63,973 nt of DNA, filler included, from an uncultured bacterium (GCA_964449065.1; 4 parts of 4 records of this genome joined end to end with filler, not necessarily neighbours in it), one strand, 5' to 3'; numbered from the whole stretch's first letter, positions 1-10,371 are shown. The notes: generated by a model not told the origin, from the sequence alone. Program-made: numbers and translations.

Positions 1-18
1 TCTTAAGTCAATGACATT

Positions 19-68
19 GGGGCTAGGGGGGATTGATACCCGTCAATAAAACGTTGACACAGTACTAG
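19..68 (-). repeat. Partial copy of CTAG-bounded MITE/REP-like element
   Basis: Near-exact reverse complement of 27081-27130 (ctagtacagtgtcaacgttttattgacgggtatcgatcccccctagcccc). Confidence 0.85.
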
Positions 69-139
69 ATTATAAATGGTGTGAGAAAGAATGACGGGCC
101 CAACTCCACTATCATTTCCCCCAATATAACTATCACCTG

Positions 140-1087
140 CTATTCTAACTTTTGACGCTGCTTCCATAATGGCAGCAGTTCACTCCAGCCGATCAAATGC
201 ACATTCTGTTCTTTGATGTAATCGCGCATCCAATCGCTGGTAAAGATTTCGTAATCCTGCACCCGCCGTTCCCACGAGCTGGTGATGGCTTTCACTTCGT
301 CCGAGTCATCCGCCAAATGCAGGATGATAATGCTGACCCCCGGCTGCAAATTCGCGATCACGTCTTTATAATAATCCGCATATTCCTCCGGCTGCTTGCC
401 GGAAATCTGATACAACGCATCCAGCAGAGGCACTCCGCGCTTTTGCATATTTTCCACCGGGCTCCAATCAATATTGCTGCCGGCGCGCGCTTTCATCTCA
501 TCCGTCGGCTTGAACATCATAAACGGGATGTCGTATTCTTCCGACAATTTTAACGCGATCTTCAAATAATCCGGGTTGTAATACAGCGTCCCCATGTGGG
601 AATCCATGTGGGTCGGCTCCACGCCGTTTTCCAAGGCGTGTTCAATTTGCGCGCGCAGTTCCGCTTCCACTTCATCCAATTTCGCGGAACCATAAACCCC
701 GCGCACGGAATGAAACATATAGCGCTGCGGGTCGAACAAACTTTTGGCTTGTTCATAGGGGGTGAGCGGGCGCCAGCGGTAGTGCTTCCATTCGGCGGTT
801 AGGGTGAGGTGAAGGCCCAAATCCGTGCCGGGGTTCTTCTTCATATAATCCGCCACTTCCAAGAACCAAGCGCAGGGCACCATGATGCTGCCGGATGTCA
901 CAACCCCTTTTTCCAGCGCCTCCAGCGAGGCTTCGTTCACGCCGTGGCACATGCCTACATCGTCCGCGTGGGTGATGAGCAGCTTGGCGCCGGCATCATA
1001 GCCCAACTTCTCGGCAATCGTTTCCGCATGTGCAGCATGTACGATGATTGCACTTAAAACCAATAGCAGTCCTGTAAAACGAATCAT
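140..1087 (-). CDS. YdjC/ChbG-family carbohydrate deacetylase, secreted
   Basis: Signal peptide; motifs HADDVG, GLHLTLT and THMDSHM typical of the YdjC family. Confidence 0.85.
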   Translation of the reverse strand: MIRFTGLLLVLSAIIVHAAHAETIAEKLGYDAGAKLLITHADDVGMCHGVNEASLEALEKGVVTSGSIMVPCAWFLEVADYMKKNPGTDLGLHLTLTAEWKHYRWRPLTPYEQAKSLFDPQRYMFHSVRGVYGSAKLDEVEAELRAQIEHALENGVEPTHMDSHMGTLYYNPDYLKIALKLSEEYDIPFMMFKPTDEMKARAGSNIDWSPVENMQKRGVPLLDALYQISGKQPEEYADYYKDVIANLQPGVSIIILHLADDSDEVKAITSSWERRVQDYEIFTSDWMRDYIKEQNVHLIGWSELLPLWKQRQKLE

Positions 1088-1146
1088 AGCAATATCTCCT
1101 ATTTTTATTCGTGTGTATTCGTGTGTATTCGCGGTTCCCTATTCCT

Positions 1147-2076
1147 TTATTCCAGAGTGGATTCCACAACGGGGTATTTGTGAAACTGAAAGCCCAACTT
1201 TTGTTCCCAAGTTTGAATGGTATTCAGTGTACAGTTTTGTTTTACAAATTCGTGCTTCTCTGATTTTGATACGTCATCCGAATGCGCGAAGGGCAGCACG
1301 CAGGGGATCAACGGGATACCGTGCCCGATAAACTGCGCCGCCTGTTGATGGCGTTCGTAGATAAAAAACGCGTCCTTTTCGCGGATCACCGAAATGGGAT
1401 TGGGGTAATCAATCAGCATCTTCCAATCCGCTGTGGACGGTACTTCCAGGTTGGCGTTTTCATCGGCATTATTGCATTGCGTGGGGTACAGCAACTTGGG
1501 CGATAACCAAATGCTGTTGGTGACGCTGCCATTATCCTGCCATTGTTTGTGCAGCGCTAAGATGAGAGGGATTACTACATCGGGTAAAATGAATGAAGTA
1601 TCGATTACGGCATCGTAATTCGAAAAGTCGGTTAAATTCACCTTATACAACTTTTGAAAACGCCGGATTTCGCTCTGCTCGCGTTCTTGGATATGCAGTT
1701 GGGCCTCTTGGATGGACACGTATTTCTCGCTGGAACGCGATTGATCGTTAAAGATGCGTTCGGCGCTGATGGCGGGATCGACATACAGATAGAGTTTGAA
1801 AGACCGTTTCACAAAATGCCACGCCATGCGGGAATCAAGGATGAAGGCGTCTTCGGTTTGGTCGAGATTTTTGGTTGAATCATCCAGTTGTTGATCAATT
1901 GATTTGTTTTCTTCTTGGATTTTATTGAGTTCTAAAGTTGATAAATTTGATTCTGTCGCCAATTTTCTCTGCAAAGTACCGGTTGAATGATATGGGATAT
2001 CAAGTTTATTCGAAAGCCGTTTCGCGATTGTAGATTTTCCACTTCCCAATTTACCAGAAATTGTAATCTTAGACAT
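1147..2076 (-). CDS. Cytidylate kinase (archaeal-type AAA/P-loop) with ~125-aa C-terminal extension
   Basis: ITISGKLGSGKST P-loop, STG..R, LDSRMAWHF and YDAVIDTS match archaeal-type CMP kinases. Confidence 0.75.
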   Translation of the reverse strand: MSKITISGKLGSGKSTIAKRLSNKLDIPYHSTGTLQRKLATESNLSTLELNKIQEENKSIDQQLDDSTKNLDQTEDAFILDSRMAWHFVKRSFKLYLYVDPAISAERIFNDQSRSSEKYVSIQEAQLHIQEREQSEIRRFQKLYKVNLTDFSNYDAVIDTSFILPDVVIPLILALHKQWQDNGSVTNSIWLSPKLLYPTQCNNADENANLEVPSTADWKMLIDYPNPISVIREKDAFFIYERHQQAAQFIGHGIPLIPCVLPFAHSDDVSKSEKHEFVKQNCTLNTIQTWEQKLGFQFHKYPVVESTLE

Positions 2077-2095
2077 TCCACCACCTAATTTAAAT

Positions 2096-3037
2096 TTAAT
2101 TTATTTCAATATTCAAATCTTTCTCTGCTTGTGGTTTTATCTCTTGTAGTATTTCGTCAATTAAAGGATTCAGATGTATATGAAAAAATTCCATGGTTTT
2201 TTGAATATAGGGGTCATCTGCTTCAAGATGTCCCGGCCAATCTAATGATAACACAGCGAATTCATTTAAACGGAAAGCATAAAAAGAATGATATGATCTT
2301 GCTTCCCGATTTTGAATTGCTTGGCTTGAATCTTTTGTATGAGCAAGAAAAGGAGAATGATATTCTTCAATCAACACCTTATATGCAATAGAAGTTTCAT
2401 CAAATTGTTTTGTACGATGTTTGGGTTGTTTTCCTGAGTATTTAATCCAGTGTTTTCCAACCAATTGATCTTCATCTTTCCCAAAAACAATGATTGTTAC
2501 TCTTAATTTATATTCTGCCTTTTTTGCAATTGCATCTAAGATAAGGTTAAAAACATCAGTCGGGATTGTAATCCAGCTTAACAGAATAGATTTCAAAACT
2601 CCATATTTTTTTTGATGATTTTCTAGCGTATTTTCCAACGTTTGATGTTGCGAATTCAGTAACGTACTATAACTGTTTATCCAACTGTCCAGCGATTGCT
2701 CTATTAGTTTTTGATCATCTGCTCTGATATGATCACGTAAGGATTGAAGTCCTCCCACATGATATTCAAGAACGAGCCTGCCATTTTTAGTGCTCGCCCA
2801 CCAGGATAGAATTAAATAAACCACCCAAGCCAAAAAGCCGCCAACGGTTGAACCCAAAGCTCCATACAACAACAATGATTTCTCGTCAGTTAATAAAGCA
2901 GCAATTCCCCCTAAAGATGAACCTGCTATTGCACCAAATGAGCCATTCCGCAATCGGTCTTGCTGATCTTCTGCCATCACAGAGGCAACGAAAGTTGCCA
3001 ATAAAGAAATTGAAAATATAGTGTATGTATGATCCAT
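2096..3037 (-). CDS. Hypothetical membrane protein (2-3 N-terminal TM helices, soluble C-terminal domain)
   Basis: 313-aa AT-rich ORF with hydrophobic N-terminus; 19 bp upstream of the kinase gene, which has a GGTGG RBS-like site. Confidence 0.7.
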   Translation of the reverse strand: MDHTYTIFSISLLATFVASVMAEDQQDRLRNGSFGAIAGSSLGGIAALLTDEKSLLLYGALGSTVGGFLAWVVYLILSWWASTKNGRLVLEYHVGGLQSLRDHIRADDQKLIEQSLDSWINSYSTLLNSQHQTLENTLENHQKKYGVLKSILLSWITIPTDVFNLILDAIAKKAEYKLRVTIIVFGKDEDQLVGKHWIKYSGKQPKHRTKQFDETSIAYKVLIEEYHSPFLAHTKDSSQAIQNREARSYHSFYAFRLNEFAVLSLDWPGHLEADDPYIQKTMEFFHIHLNPLIDEILQEIKPQAEKDLNIEIN

Positions 3038-3075
3038 GTCTTCCTCACTCTAATGAACATCCAGGAAAATAATAC

Positions 3076-3399
3076 ATGAAAACTCATCCAACCAAAATAG
3101 AACGCGACGGCGAAGAACGCATCTTTATTGAATGGTCGGACGGGCAAAAGCGGGTGTATGATGTGACCGATTTGCGCAAAAACTGCCCCTGCGCCGAGTG
3201 CGCCGCCGAGAAGGAACGCGAGAAGAAGCGCGACCCGATGGAACTGCGCGTCATCCCCCAATCGCAAACACAGCCCATCCGCTTGGTCGGAATGAAACCC
3301 GTTGGGCGTTATGCCTATCACCTGCAATTCAGCGATAACCACAACACCGGCATCTTCACGTTTGAGTATTTGCGCGAACGGGGTGAAGCGGTCGAGTGA
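3076..3399 (+). CDS. DUF971 / gamma-butyrobetaine hydroxylase N-terminal-like protein
   Basis: WSDG...LRKNCPCAEC and VGRYAYHLQFSDNHNTGIFTFEYLR motifs. Confidence 0.9.
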   Translation: MKTHPTKIERDGEERIFIEWSDGQKRVYDVTDLRKNCPCAECAAEKEREKKRDPMELRVIPQSQTQPIRLVGMKPVGRYAYHLQFSDNHNTGIFTFEYLRERGEAVE

Positions 3400-3505
3400 A
3401 AGTATAATATCGAAAGACCTAAGCCGTCATTATAGTATTTTTTCAGAATATGGATTCATTGAATGGCTTTTGCATTGGTCAATTCTATCGTAAAATTAGA
3501 TTATT

Positions 3506-4216
3506 ATGGCTAAGAATATTTTTAGAGAGAATCTTAAATTTTTAACAACTTCGTTTTTAGGACGCTTTCTTCTTGCGCCATTATTCGTAATAATTATTGC
3601 TCTCATCCCTTTGAATTTTTTTGAGTTAAATGAAGATTTTCAGTTTTACTATTCACTTTATTTGACATTTTGGCTCTATATTTGCAGTATTATTTATGAC
3701 GCTGCAAAATCTTTATCAGTCGACTCTAAAGAATTAACGGAAGAGGAAGCTTATTCTATATTGCAAACTCTCAATAATGATATCGTTGGTGAGAAAAAGT
3801 TGAAATTTGAGTATTACTTAAGTCATAACGAATCATGTGATTTGGATGATCTATTTGAAAATTTCTTTTGCACGAAAAACCGTTTATACGCTTTAACTAG
3901 ATCATTGCATAAATATTTAACATCCATGTATGAAGAAAAGGCAAAATTCAGAGTTGTATTAGCTAAAATGGGTGAAAGATATAGTGAAGAATTTGAGTGC
4001 TATTGTCCGCCATATGAAATCCCCAGAAGTTCAATCGAGTCTTTAAGAAAAGAAAATTCTGGGTTTACAAGATGTAAAATTACAGATAATGTAATTTTGA
4101 TTCCAGATATCAAAATGGAAGGAAACAAAAAATCAAAAAGAAATTTCTTTTCTAAATGTTCTTTTCTAAAAAAGAAAAACAAAAGTGGCGGTATCTTTTT
4201 GAATGTTTCACAATAA
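3506..4216 (+). CDS. Hypothetical low-GC protein with 2 N-terminal TM helices (C-terminus possibly truncated)
   Basis: 236-aa AT-rich ORF with hydrophobic N-terminal segments. Confidence 0.6.
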   Translation: MAKNIFRENLKFLTTSFLGRFLLAPLFVIIIALIPLNFFELNEDFQFYYSLYLTFWLYICSIIYDAAKSLSVDSKELTEEEAYSILQTLNNDIVGEKKLKFEYYLSHNESCDLDDLFENFFCTKNRLYALTRSLHKYLTSMYEEKAKFRVVLAKMGERYSEEFECYCPPYEIPRSSIESLRKENSGFTRCKITDNVILIPDIKMEGNKKSKRNFFSKCSFLKKKNKSGGIFLNVSQ

Positions 4217-4261
4217 GAATGTCGCTGGAACACAATATGGATGTTCTCAGGAGTAAATCTG

Positions 4262-4420
4262 ATGAGCAAAAAAGCAGACCCTAAAACAGGAAGAGCATTA
4301 AAAAAAACTCAATCTAAACCTATGTCTGGTATGGATACAGATACAAGAGAAAGTTTGGAAAAAGAAGCCAAAGAATTAAAAAAAGAAGTGCGGAAAATCT
4401 TGAAATTTATGAAAGCATAA
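4262..4420 (+). CDS. Small basic hypothetical protein (52 aa), not in ORF track
   Basis: AGGAG RBS at ~4250; ATG 4262 to TAA 4420 reads MSKKADPKTGRALKKTQSKPMSGMDTDTRESLEKEAKELKKEVRKILKFMKA. Confidence 0.5.
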   Translation: MSKKADPKTGRALKKTQSKPMSGMDTDTRESLEKEAKELKKEVRKILKFMKA

Positions 4421-4512
4421 TTTCTTGATTTTTTTTATCCTCATCTTGCCATTCTCCCTCATCTGCTTTACTCTGGTATTGTTAAACAAAAACCAACTTC
4501 GGAGCAACCATC

Positions 4513-5868
4513 ATGCCATCCCAAAACCAGAAACCAGAAACCAATACAAAAGCAACCAACTCCCCAACTATTTCCCGCCGTTCGTTTCACAAGAAGGCCG
4601 CCGCCACCGCGGGGATTGCCGCTATGACATCCGCGCCGTTCGCCCCTTCCGTTCTTGGAGCCAATGAAAAGATCATCATGGGAACTATCGGCACCGGCGG
4701 GCAGGGTTCCGGTGTGTCATACGGCCTTATGGGTACAAAGCAAACCCAGTGGATCGCGGGCTGCGATGTTGATTCCAACCGCCTTGACCGCTTTGCCAAC
4801 CGCGCCGAAGGCGAGCATGAAATGAAAGTCAAAAAGTATCATGACTTCCGTGAACTGTTGGATATCAAAGAAATCGATGCCATCGTAATCGGTACACCCG
4901 ACCACTGGCACGCGTTGCCCTTCGTTATGGCGTGTGAAGCAGGGAAGGATATCTACTGCGAAAAGCCCATCTCACACAACATTGTGGAAGGCCGCGCGAT
5001 GGTCAACGCCGCCAAACGCTTTAAGCGTGTGATCCAAATCGGATCCTGGCAGCGCAGTGTGCAGCACTTTCAAGACGCGATTGATTTCGTGCGTTCCGGA
5101 GCGTTGGGTGACATCAGCGTGTGCCGCGCCTGGCTGCTCAACAACAGCGACGGCATCGGACATGTTCCGCCCAGCGATCCGCCCGCCGGCTTTGATTGGG
5201 ACTTCTGGCTGGGACCGGCTCCCTACAAGCTGTACCGCTCGAATATGAACCACTGGAACTGGCGCTGGTTTTTTGATTATGCCGGCGGACAAACCGCCGA
5301 TTGGGGTGTGCACATGATGGATATCGTGTGCCTGGCAATGGGCGATTGGGACCCGCAGGAAGTGACCTGCGTGGGCGGCACGTTTGTGCTGGATGACGAC
5401 CGCGACACTCCGGATACGCAAATCGCTACCTTTAAGTTCCGCGATTGGGTGCTGCATTGGGAAGTGCGCTGGGGCAATGGACGCGGTTTGGACGGCTTTG
5501 GTTCCGGTCACGGTTCCGAGTGGATCGGACGCAACGGCACCCTGGGTGTTGACCGCGGCAAATACGAAGTCTTTCCGGAAGGCGACCGGCTCGATAAACG
5601 CCCCGAAACGGTGAACGAGGTTAAAGTAGGGCACTACGAGAACTTCTTGGATTGCGTGCGGACCCGCCGGCGCCCGCGTTCGGATATTGAGACCATGCAC
5701 AAAACCACGGTGTTGTGCCACTTGGCGAACATCGCGTTCCGCACCGGCAAGAAGCTGGAGTGGGACGCCGAGCGCGAGGTCATCACCAACGAGCCTTCCG
5801 CGATGGACTGCCCGCAGTTCCGCCGCGAATACCGCGCCCCGTGGAAACTGCCGCTGTATTCGGCGTGA
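4513..5868 (+). CDS. Gfo/Idh/MocA family oxidoreductase with Tat signal
   Basis: SRRSF twin-arginine motif; IGTGGQG Rossmann motif; TPDHWH; CEKP; DWGVH. Confidence 0.93.
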   Translation: MPSQNQKPETNTKATNSPTISRRSFHKKAAATAGIAAMTSAPFAPSVLGANEKIIMGTIGTGGQGSGVSYGLMGTKQTQWIAGCDVDSNRLDRFANRAEGEHEMKVKKYHDFRELLDIKEIDAIVIGTPDHWHALPFVMACEAGKDIYCEKPISHNIVEGRAMVNAAKRFKRVIQIGSWQRSVQHFQDAIDFVRSGALGDISVCRAWLLNNSDGIGHVPPSDPPAGFDWDFWLGPAPYKLYRSNMNHWNWRWFFDYAGGQTADWGVHMMDIVCLAMGDWDPQEVTCVGGTFVLDDDRDTPDTQIATFKFRDWVLHWEVRWGNGRGLDGFGSGHGSEWIGRNGTLGVDRGKYEVFPEGDRLDKRPETVNEVKVGHYENFLDCVRTRRRPRSDIETMHKTTVLCHLANIAFRTGKKLEWDAEREVITNEPSAMDCPQFRREYRAPWKLPLYSA

Positions 5869-5924
5869 AACGCGGAAAACGGCATAGACTCAGACGCGAA
5901 AGTGTTACAAAATCAAAACAGGAG

Positions 5925-8819
5925 TTACCGGCCGGTTCGTATCATTTCGATTATTCCTAAGTTAACATCTTGTTGGCTATTTAATCGATTTATGGGAATG
6001 ATTTTTTCTTGATATGCGTTCTTTTTTATACGGATCATGGGATTTACAATGGACATATTACGCAAGTTAAACCGCCCTTGCTCATTCGTTATACCGGAGG
6101 GCAAATGCGCGGACAAACGGCTTTGGTGTTGGGGTATATTATAGCGAAACCGGTTTACCCGATTTTGCAAACGTTCTATTTGATCCGGTGATGCCGGTAA
6201 AAAAGAAAATACATGCACCCCGGAAAGCGGCTGGTTTGTACCGCTATCCACTACAATACCTTGAATGGAACCGGTGCTTTCCATACGGATAATGATGTCA
6301 TTAATACGATCATTCGGATTGACATGTACCGGATGAGAAAAAAAGATGCCGCCATCTTCCGCTCGTACAGAAATGATAAACGGGCCGTGTCTTACAGGAA
6401 GACCCTCAAAATAAAACTCACCTCTTTGGGAAAATACGGATGACCATGTATACGAAGGATGAGGTGTTTCACCGGATGCAACAGCCGATTGAGGAATCAC
6501 AACCACATCAAATTGGGTAACGGGTTCGTCATTATCATGCACAGCATGGCCAGTTATCGTAGCGGTTGAGGTGTCTTTCGATTGCATGACAATGCGTATG
6601 TCTTTTTCGCCCCAGCCATACACCGGTGGATATGTTTGTTCCGGGTTTATATATTTATAGCGCTCATTTTCGAGCGCTAAAATGTGAAACGGTTTATCTT
6701 TTACGCTCTGATTGGAATAGAGTTTGAAATCCAGCCATTCCGGTTCATAGGCATCTAAGGAAAATTGAAAAAACCCGTATTGATCCGAGACCGTTTGGTG
6801 TAATTTATCGTTTCCATATAAAGGCAAAATTGTCTCTAAATACAACGTAATTCCTTCTAAGGGATTTCCGGATTCATCGACGACTGTTCCTTCCAGTGTT
6901 TCGCTTTCTCCTTTCTGTAGGATAAAATTTCTCGTCGTAACTTTATCCATGGATATGTGAACCGTCTTTTTCGTGGATGTGGCGGTGCTGCTGCGATATC
7001 CATCGGCAAAGGCGCGAATGTAAAACGTATCTTCTTGAGACACAAAAAATTCATACAAACCGTCTTCATCTGTTTCCGTGTAAAAATGAAGACGGGAAAA
7101 CCCGCCCTGATACGCTTTCTCATCCTGCCACAAATCGACTACAGCGCCAGGGACCGGCTTTCCGGTTGTGTCAGAAACCGTGCCCCGTAATACTCCCTTC
7201 GAAAGGAACTGTATATCTACATCTTGCTTAATGTCTCCGGGTTGTAACGGACCATCCTTAGAAATAACACGGGACGATTTACCATATTTCGGATGTTTGC
7301 TTTCGACTAATATTTTGCCATATTCCATTTTGCCGGTGCCGATAACCGGATCGACCACTATACTACCCATGATTTCATAATATCCAGTGACGCTGGTAAT
7401 GGCGGACATATTCGGCTGTTCAAGTGTTTTTTGTATGTAGGTTCTGGTTGCCGCGTTTTTGTATGACAACATCAAGGAAACCAATTGGCCGGATAATGGC
7501 TGATGATTCGGATCTAACACACGCCCGGATACTTTCCATTGCGGTTCTAGATAGAAATTCACATTCTCGGCGTTTTCGCCTTTTGTAACCAAAACCCGTT
7601 TATGCTTTACCGTTCCAAACCCTTCCAAGTCCGTTGTGTCACCCGTGATATAGCCGGGATAATCATCCACAAAGACAAAATACCGCCCGCTGGGGATCGT
7701 ATCGATCCGGTAGAAACCGTTTTCCGGTGTTGTGGCTATGTATTGAGCCGTTTTTGAATCATCCATATCCGTCCGCATTGCCGGTGAATCATCTTTGACC
7801 GCAATTACGTTAGCCCCGGAAATGGGCTGTGTTGTTTTGCGATCGTAAACATATCCTGAAATCGAATGAACATGCGCCAGTTGGATATGAATTGTTTCCG
7901 TCATTTGATCCACGGCAAAGGTGGCGCTTTGTGTTTTTTGATACCAGGCGTGATCAGCCACTGCGCGGTACACCCCTCTTTGTATTTCTTCGAACCGGGA
8001 TCTGCCGATATCGTTAGTGGGAACCCATTCGGAAAAATAAATGAACCCGCTTTCCGGAGTGCTGCGAAGATTGATGTTCACGCCGCTTTTGGCTACCTGA
8101 TGCTCTGAGGAAGCGCTGACAATCACCACCGCGGAATCGCTTAAATGAAGAGTAACTGTTTCACCCGCCTGTACGAGTTTTTCTTCCCCGAGCAGCACGC
8201 TATCTTTAGACGCGATCCGGTAGATCCCCGGGTGAAGGGGAAAATAGCGAAAGCGGCTGTTGGTAGATTTAAGGATCAATGACGCATTGGATAACTCTAC
8301 ATTTGCCATTTCAGGAATGCCGCCGCCGGCAAGTTGCACAACCCCTGTGACGGCTAATTTGCGGTCTAACGTGATTTGGGGTGTTTGAAGAATGGAATCG
8401 GCCTCTATGGTTTTGGAAAAATAATGATCCGATTCCAGCCATGTCAGTTGGCCGGCTTCATGTATAAATGAATGAGGGAAGGTGATTTCGCCGCTTTGGT
8501 TTGATGTGACGTCAACAATCATGCCGGCGGAATTTTTGATTGCGAAATGTGTTTTCGTAATCAGGGTATTAATGTCATTCTTTAAGTGGATCGTAATATC
8601 ATTGGGTACAAATGACTGCGTGGGAGCGATATCCGTTGACAATCGCCTATTTGTTTCCGGTGTCACAGCAGGAACATCCTGTAGCGTTATTCCCTCTTGA
8701 ACGGCATTGTTTTCCGGTTCAGAAGGGTAAAATAAAACACCCAGGAACACAACCATGCAAATAAAGAAAACGAAAAAGATGTAGATGAGTTTCATGTCAC
8801 AATATTTTTCTTTCAACAT
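5925..8819 (-). CDS. Large membrane-anchored protein with repeated carboxypeptidase-regulatory-like (prealbumin-fold) domains
   Basis: N-terminal TM helix; repeated G-x-V-x-D-x(2-3)-G/N-x-P-[LVI]-x-G ... T-D/N-x-x-G-x-[FY] motifs. Confidence 0.8.
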   Translation of the reverse strand: MLKEKYCDMKLIYIFFVFFICMVVFLGVLFYPSEPENNAVQEGITLQDVPAVTPETNRRLSTDIAPTQSFVPNDITIHLKNDINTLITKTHFAIKNSAGMIVDVTSNQSGEITFPHSFIHEAGQLTWLESDHYFSKTIEADSILQTPQITLDRKLAVTGVVQLAGGGIPEMANVELSNASLILKSTNSRFRYFPLHPGIYRIASKDSVLLGEEKLVQAGETVTLHLSDSAVVIVSASSEHQVAKSGVNINLRSTPESGFIYFSEWVPTNDIGRSRFEEIQRGVYRAVADHAWYQKTQSATFAVDQMTETIHIQLAHVHSISGYVYDRKTTQPISGANVIAVKDDSPAMRTDMDDSKTAQYIATTPENGFYRIDTIPSGRYFVFVDDYPGYITGDTTDLEGFGTVKHKRVLVTKGENAENVNFYLEPQWKVSGRVLDPNHQPLSGQLVSLMLSYKNAATRTYIQKTLEQPNMSAITSVTGYYEIMGSIVVDPVIGTGKMEYGKILVESKHPKYGKSSRVISKDGPLQPGDIKQDVDIQFLSKGVLRGTVSDTTGKPVPGAVVDLWQDEKAYQGGFSRLHFYTETDEDGLYEFFVSQEDTFYIRAFADGYRSSTATSTKKTVHISMDKVTTRNFILQKGESETLEGTVVDESGNPLEGITLYLETILPLYGNDKLHQTVSDQYGFFQFSLDAYEPEWLDFKLYSNQSVKDKPFHILALENERYKYINPEQTYPPVYGWGEKDIRIVMQSKDTSTATITGHAVHDNDEPVTQFDVVVIPQSAVASGETPHPSYTWSSVFSQRGEFYFEGLPVRHGPFIISVRAEDGGIFFSHPVHVNPNDRINDIIIRMESTGSIQGIVVDSGTNQPLSGVHVFSFLPASPDQIERLQNRVNRFRYNIPQHQSRLSAHLPSGITNEQGRFNLRNMSIVNPMIRIKKNAYQEKIIPINRLNSQQDVNLGIIEMIRTGR

Positions 8820-8843
8820 TAAATTCTAAATGATGGAATGTTA

Positions 8844-8877
8844 GTAAGGAAGAGGAATATGATTTCCTCTTCCTTAC
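8844..8877 (-). terminator. Perfect 14-bp inverted repeat just downstream of the Cys-rich protein gene
   Basis: gtaaggaagaggaa-N6-ttcctcttccttac. Confidence 0.6.
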
Positions 8878-8899
8878 ATCCTTACAATAAAATCACCAA

Positions 8900-9307
8900 T
8901 CATGTGCAAGAACCGCCTAAAGAATCACGAGAAGCGGTTGCTCTAAATCCCCTGTCAGTCTGGTCATCACCGCCTTTACAAAAGTTATCTCCACCTCCCC
9001 AGTAATCCCAGCATGGTGTACCACAATTTCCTGTTGGATGAGTAATTATAAATACGGGCCTTTGGGCAGAACCTAAATCACAATCTTTTGTGCCGGTAAA
9101 TTGAAATACGCAGCATGTATCAGTAACGCCATCGTACGCTATGCAATCTGCATTGGTATTGCAAGTACTGACACTTTCCCACATATCCGTAGTGCTTTGA
9201 TAACACGTGCCGGACGGAGGCCACGCTTGGAGATCATACTGACTCGTAATTGCCGCACCAATGACTAGAATACACATACCAAGTAGAACATGATTTTTCA
9301 TTATCAT
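8900..9307 (-). CDS. Small secreted cysteine-rich protein
   Basis: AGGAG RBS; signal peptide ending ~LQA; 10 Cys in the mature region. Confidence 0.8.
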   Translation of the reverse strand: MIMKNHVLLGMCILVIGAAITSQYDLQAWPPSGTCYQSTTDMWESVSTCNTNADCIAYDGVTDTCCVFQFTGTKDCDLGSAQRPVFIITHPTGNCGTPCWDYWGGGDNFCKGGDDQTDRGFRATASRDSLGGSCT

Positions 9308-9408
9308 ACTCCTTTTACGTCAATGATTTTGTTAATTTCTTTTTGGTATACACGAACTTTCTAAAATAATACAATACCTCCTTTCATAATAATAATATGA
9401 ACATCTTC

Positions 9409-10356
9409 TTAATTGTTTACCATATAATTCTTAAAATCAATCATCTGATTTTCCTGCAATTTAATTACATCATGTTTATTTGTCCGCTGGTCGTATATCT
9501 TCACGCCATCAGGAATGGAGAAAGTAATATCATTTTTAGTCATTTCTGGAGATAACGTACAGACATCTACAGTATAGATCATTTGAATTTTTATATATTT
9601 TTTTTTGGTTAACGGATGTATTTCTAACACGTTATATACAACTTGCCGGGGAACAAGTACATCGTTTATTCGCTCATAGTATTTATAATAATAAGCGTAT
9701 GCTTTTGTTTGAATATCAAATATTGAATAAACAGGCAAATGTGTTATTGCATCTACCCCTAATTTATATTCGCCCTCTTCCGTTTGAACGGAGAACTCAC
9801 ACGTACCATCATCTACAATTGCAGAGTGTATTTCTTTAGCTTGTTCTAACTTTACTAACGGAAGTTCAAAATGAAATATAGGAATATAATCTCTACCTAC
9901 CGTCCGATTGGGTTCTATATTAATGCTTTTGAGCGAGACATTGTAAATCGCAAGATAATCCGGTGCAAGTAAAGTATATCCTGCACTGTGATCCGAATTC
10001 CTGATATGCAAATAATGATCATAGTCAAAACATTTCACCAAAAGTTCAGAGTCACTTTGATGTATTTTGGTGTTCATTTCTATTTGGTTTTGTATAGAGT
10101 CTTCATGATCGATGCTTCCTCTATTTAGTTTCGCTCTCGCACCTTTTTCCTGATTATTTTGCCTATAATATTCTTCCGCAGACTCTTTGGTGTTGAATAG
10201 AGGATATACAATCGTTTTTTGGTTGAATGAAATTTCTATTGGCATGAGAGAATCCGATCTCTCACGAACATTTTTTAAAATATGCCTCGCTTCTTCTTCG
10301 TTTCCATACACATTTATTGCCAAACAAAATACTAAACATACGATACGATTTATCAT
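9409..10356 (-). CDS. Hypothetical exported protein
   Basis: AGGAG RBS; signal peptide; AT-rich 315-aa ORF. Confidence 0.7.
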   Translation of the reverse strand: MINRIVCLVFCLAINVYGNEEEARHILKNVRERSDSLMPIEISFNQKTIVYPLFNTKESAEEYYRQNNQEKGARAKLNRGSIDHEDSIQNQIEMNTKIHQSDSELLVKCFDYDHYLHIRNSDHSAGYTLLAPDYLAIYNVSLKSINIEPNRTVGRDYIPIFHFELPLVKLEQAKEIHSAIVDDGTCEFSVQTEEGEYKLGVDAITHLPVYSIFDIQTKAYAYYYKYYERINDVLVPRQVVYNVLEIHPLTKKKYIKIQMIYTVDVCTLSPEMTKNDITFSIPDGVKIYDQRTNKHDVIKLQENQMIDFKNYMVNN

Positions 10357-10371
10357 TTTTTTCTCCTAGTA

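Noticed and set aside
1106..1133. Short tandem repeats (tattcgtgtg x2.6; also aatcatgcaatc x2 near 26727 and aaaaagtaaatca x2 near 53762)
   Set aside because: Two to three units, intergenic, no spacers; consistent with slippage.
4972..5721. Long antisense or alternative-frame ORFs (e.g. 4972-5721, 27672-28682, 55168-55821, 59526-60419)
   Set aside because: Shadows of well-supported genes, with no motifs or RBS.
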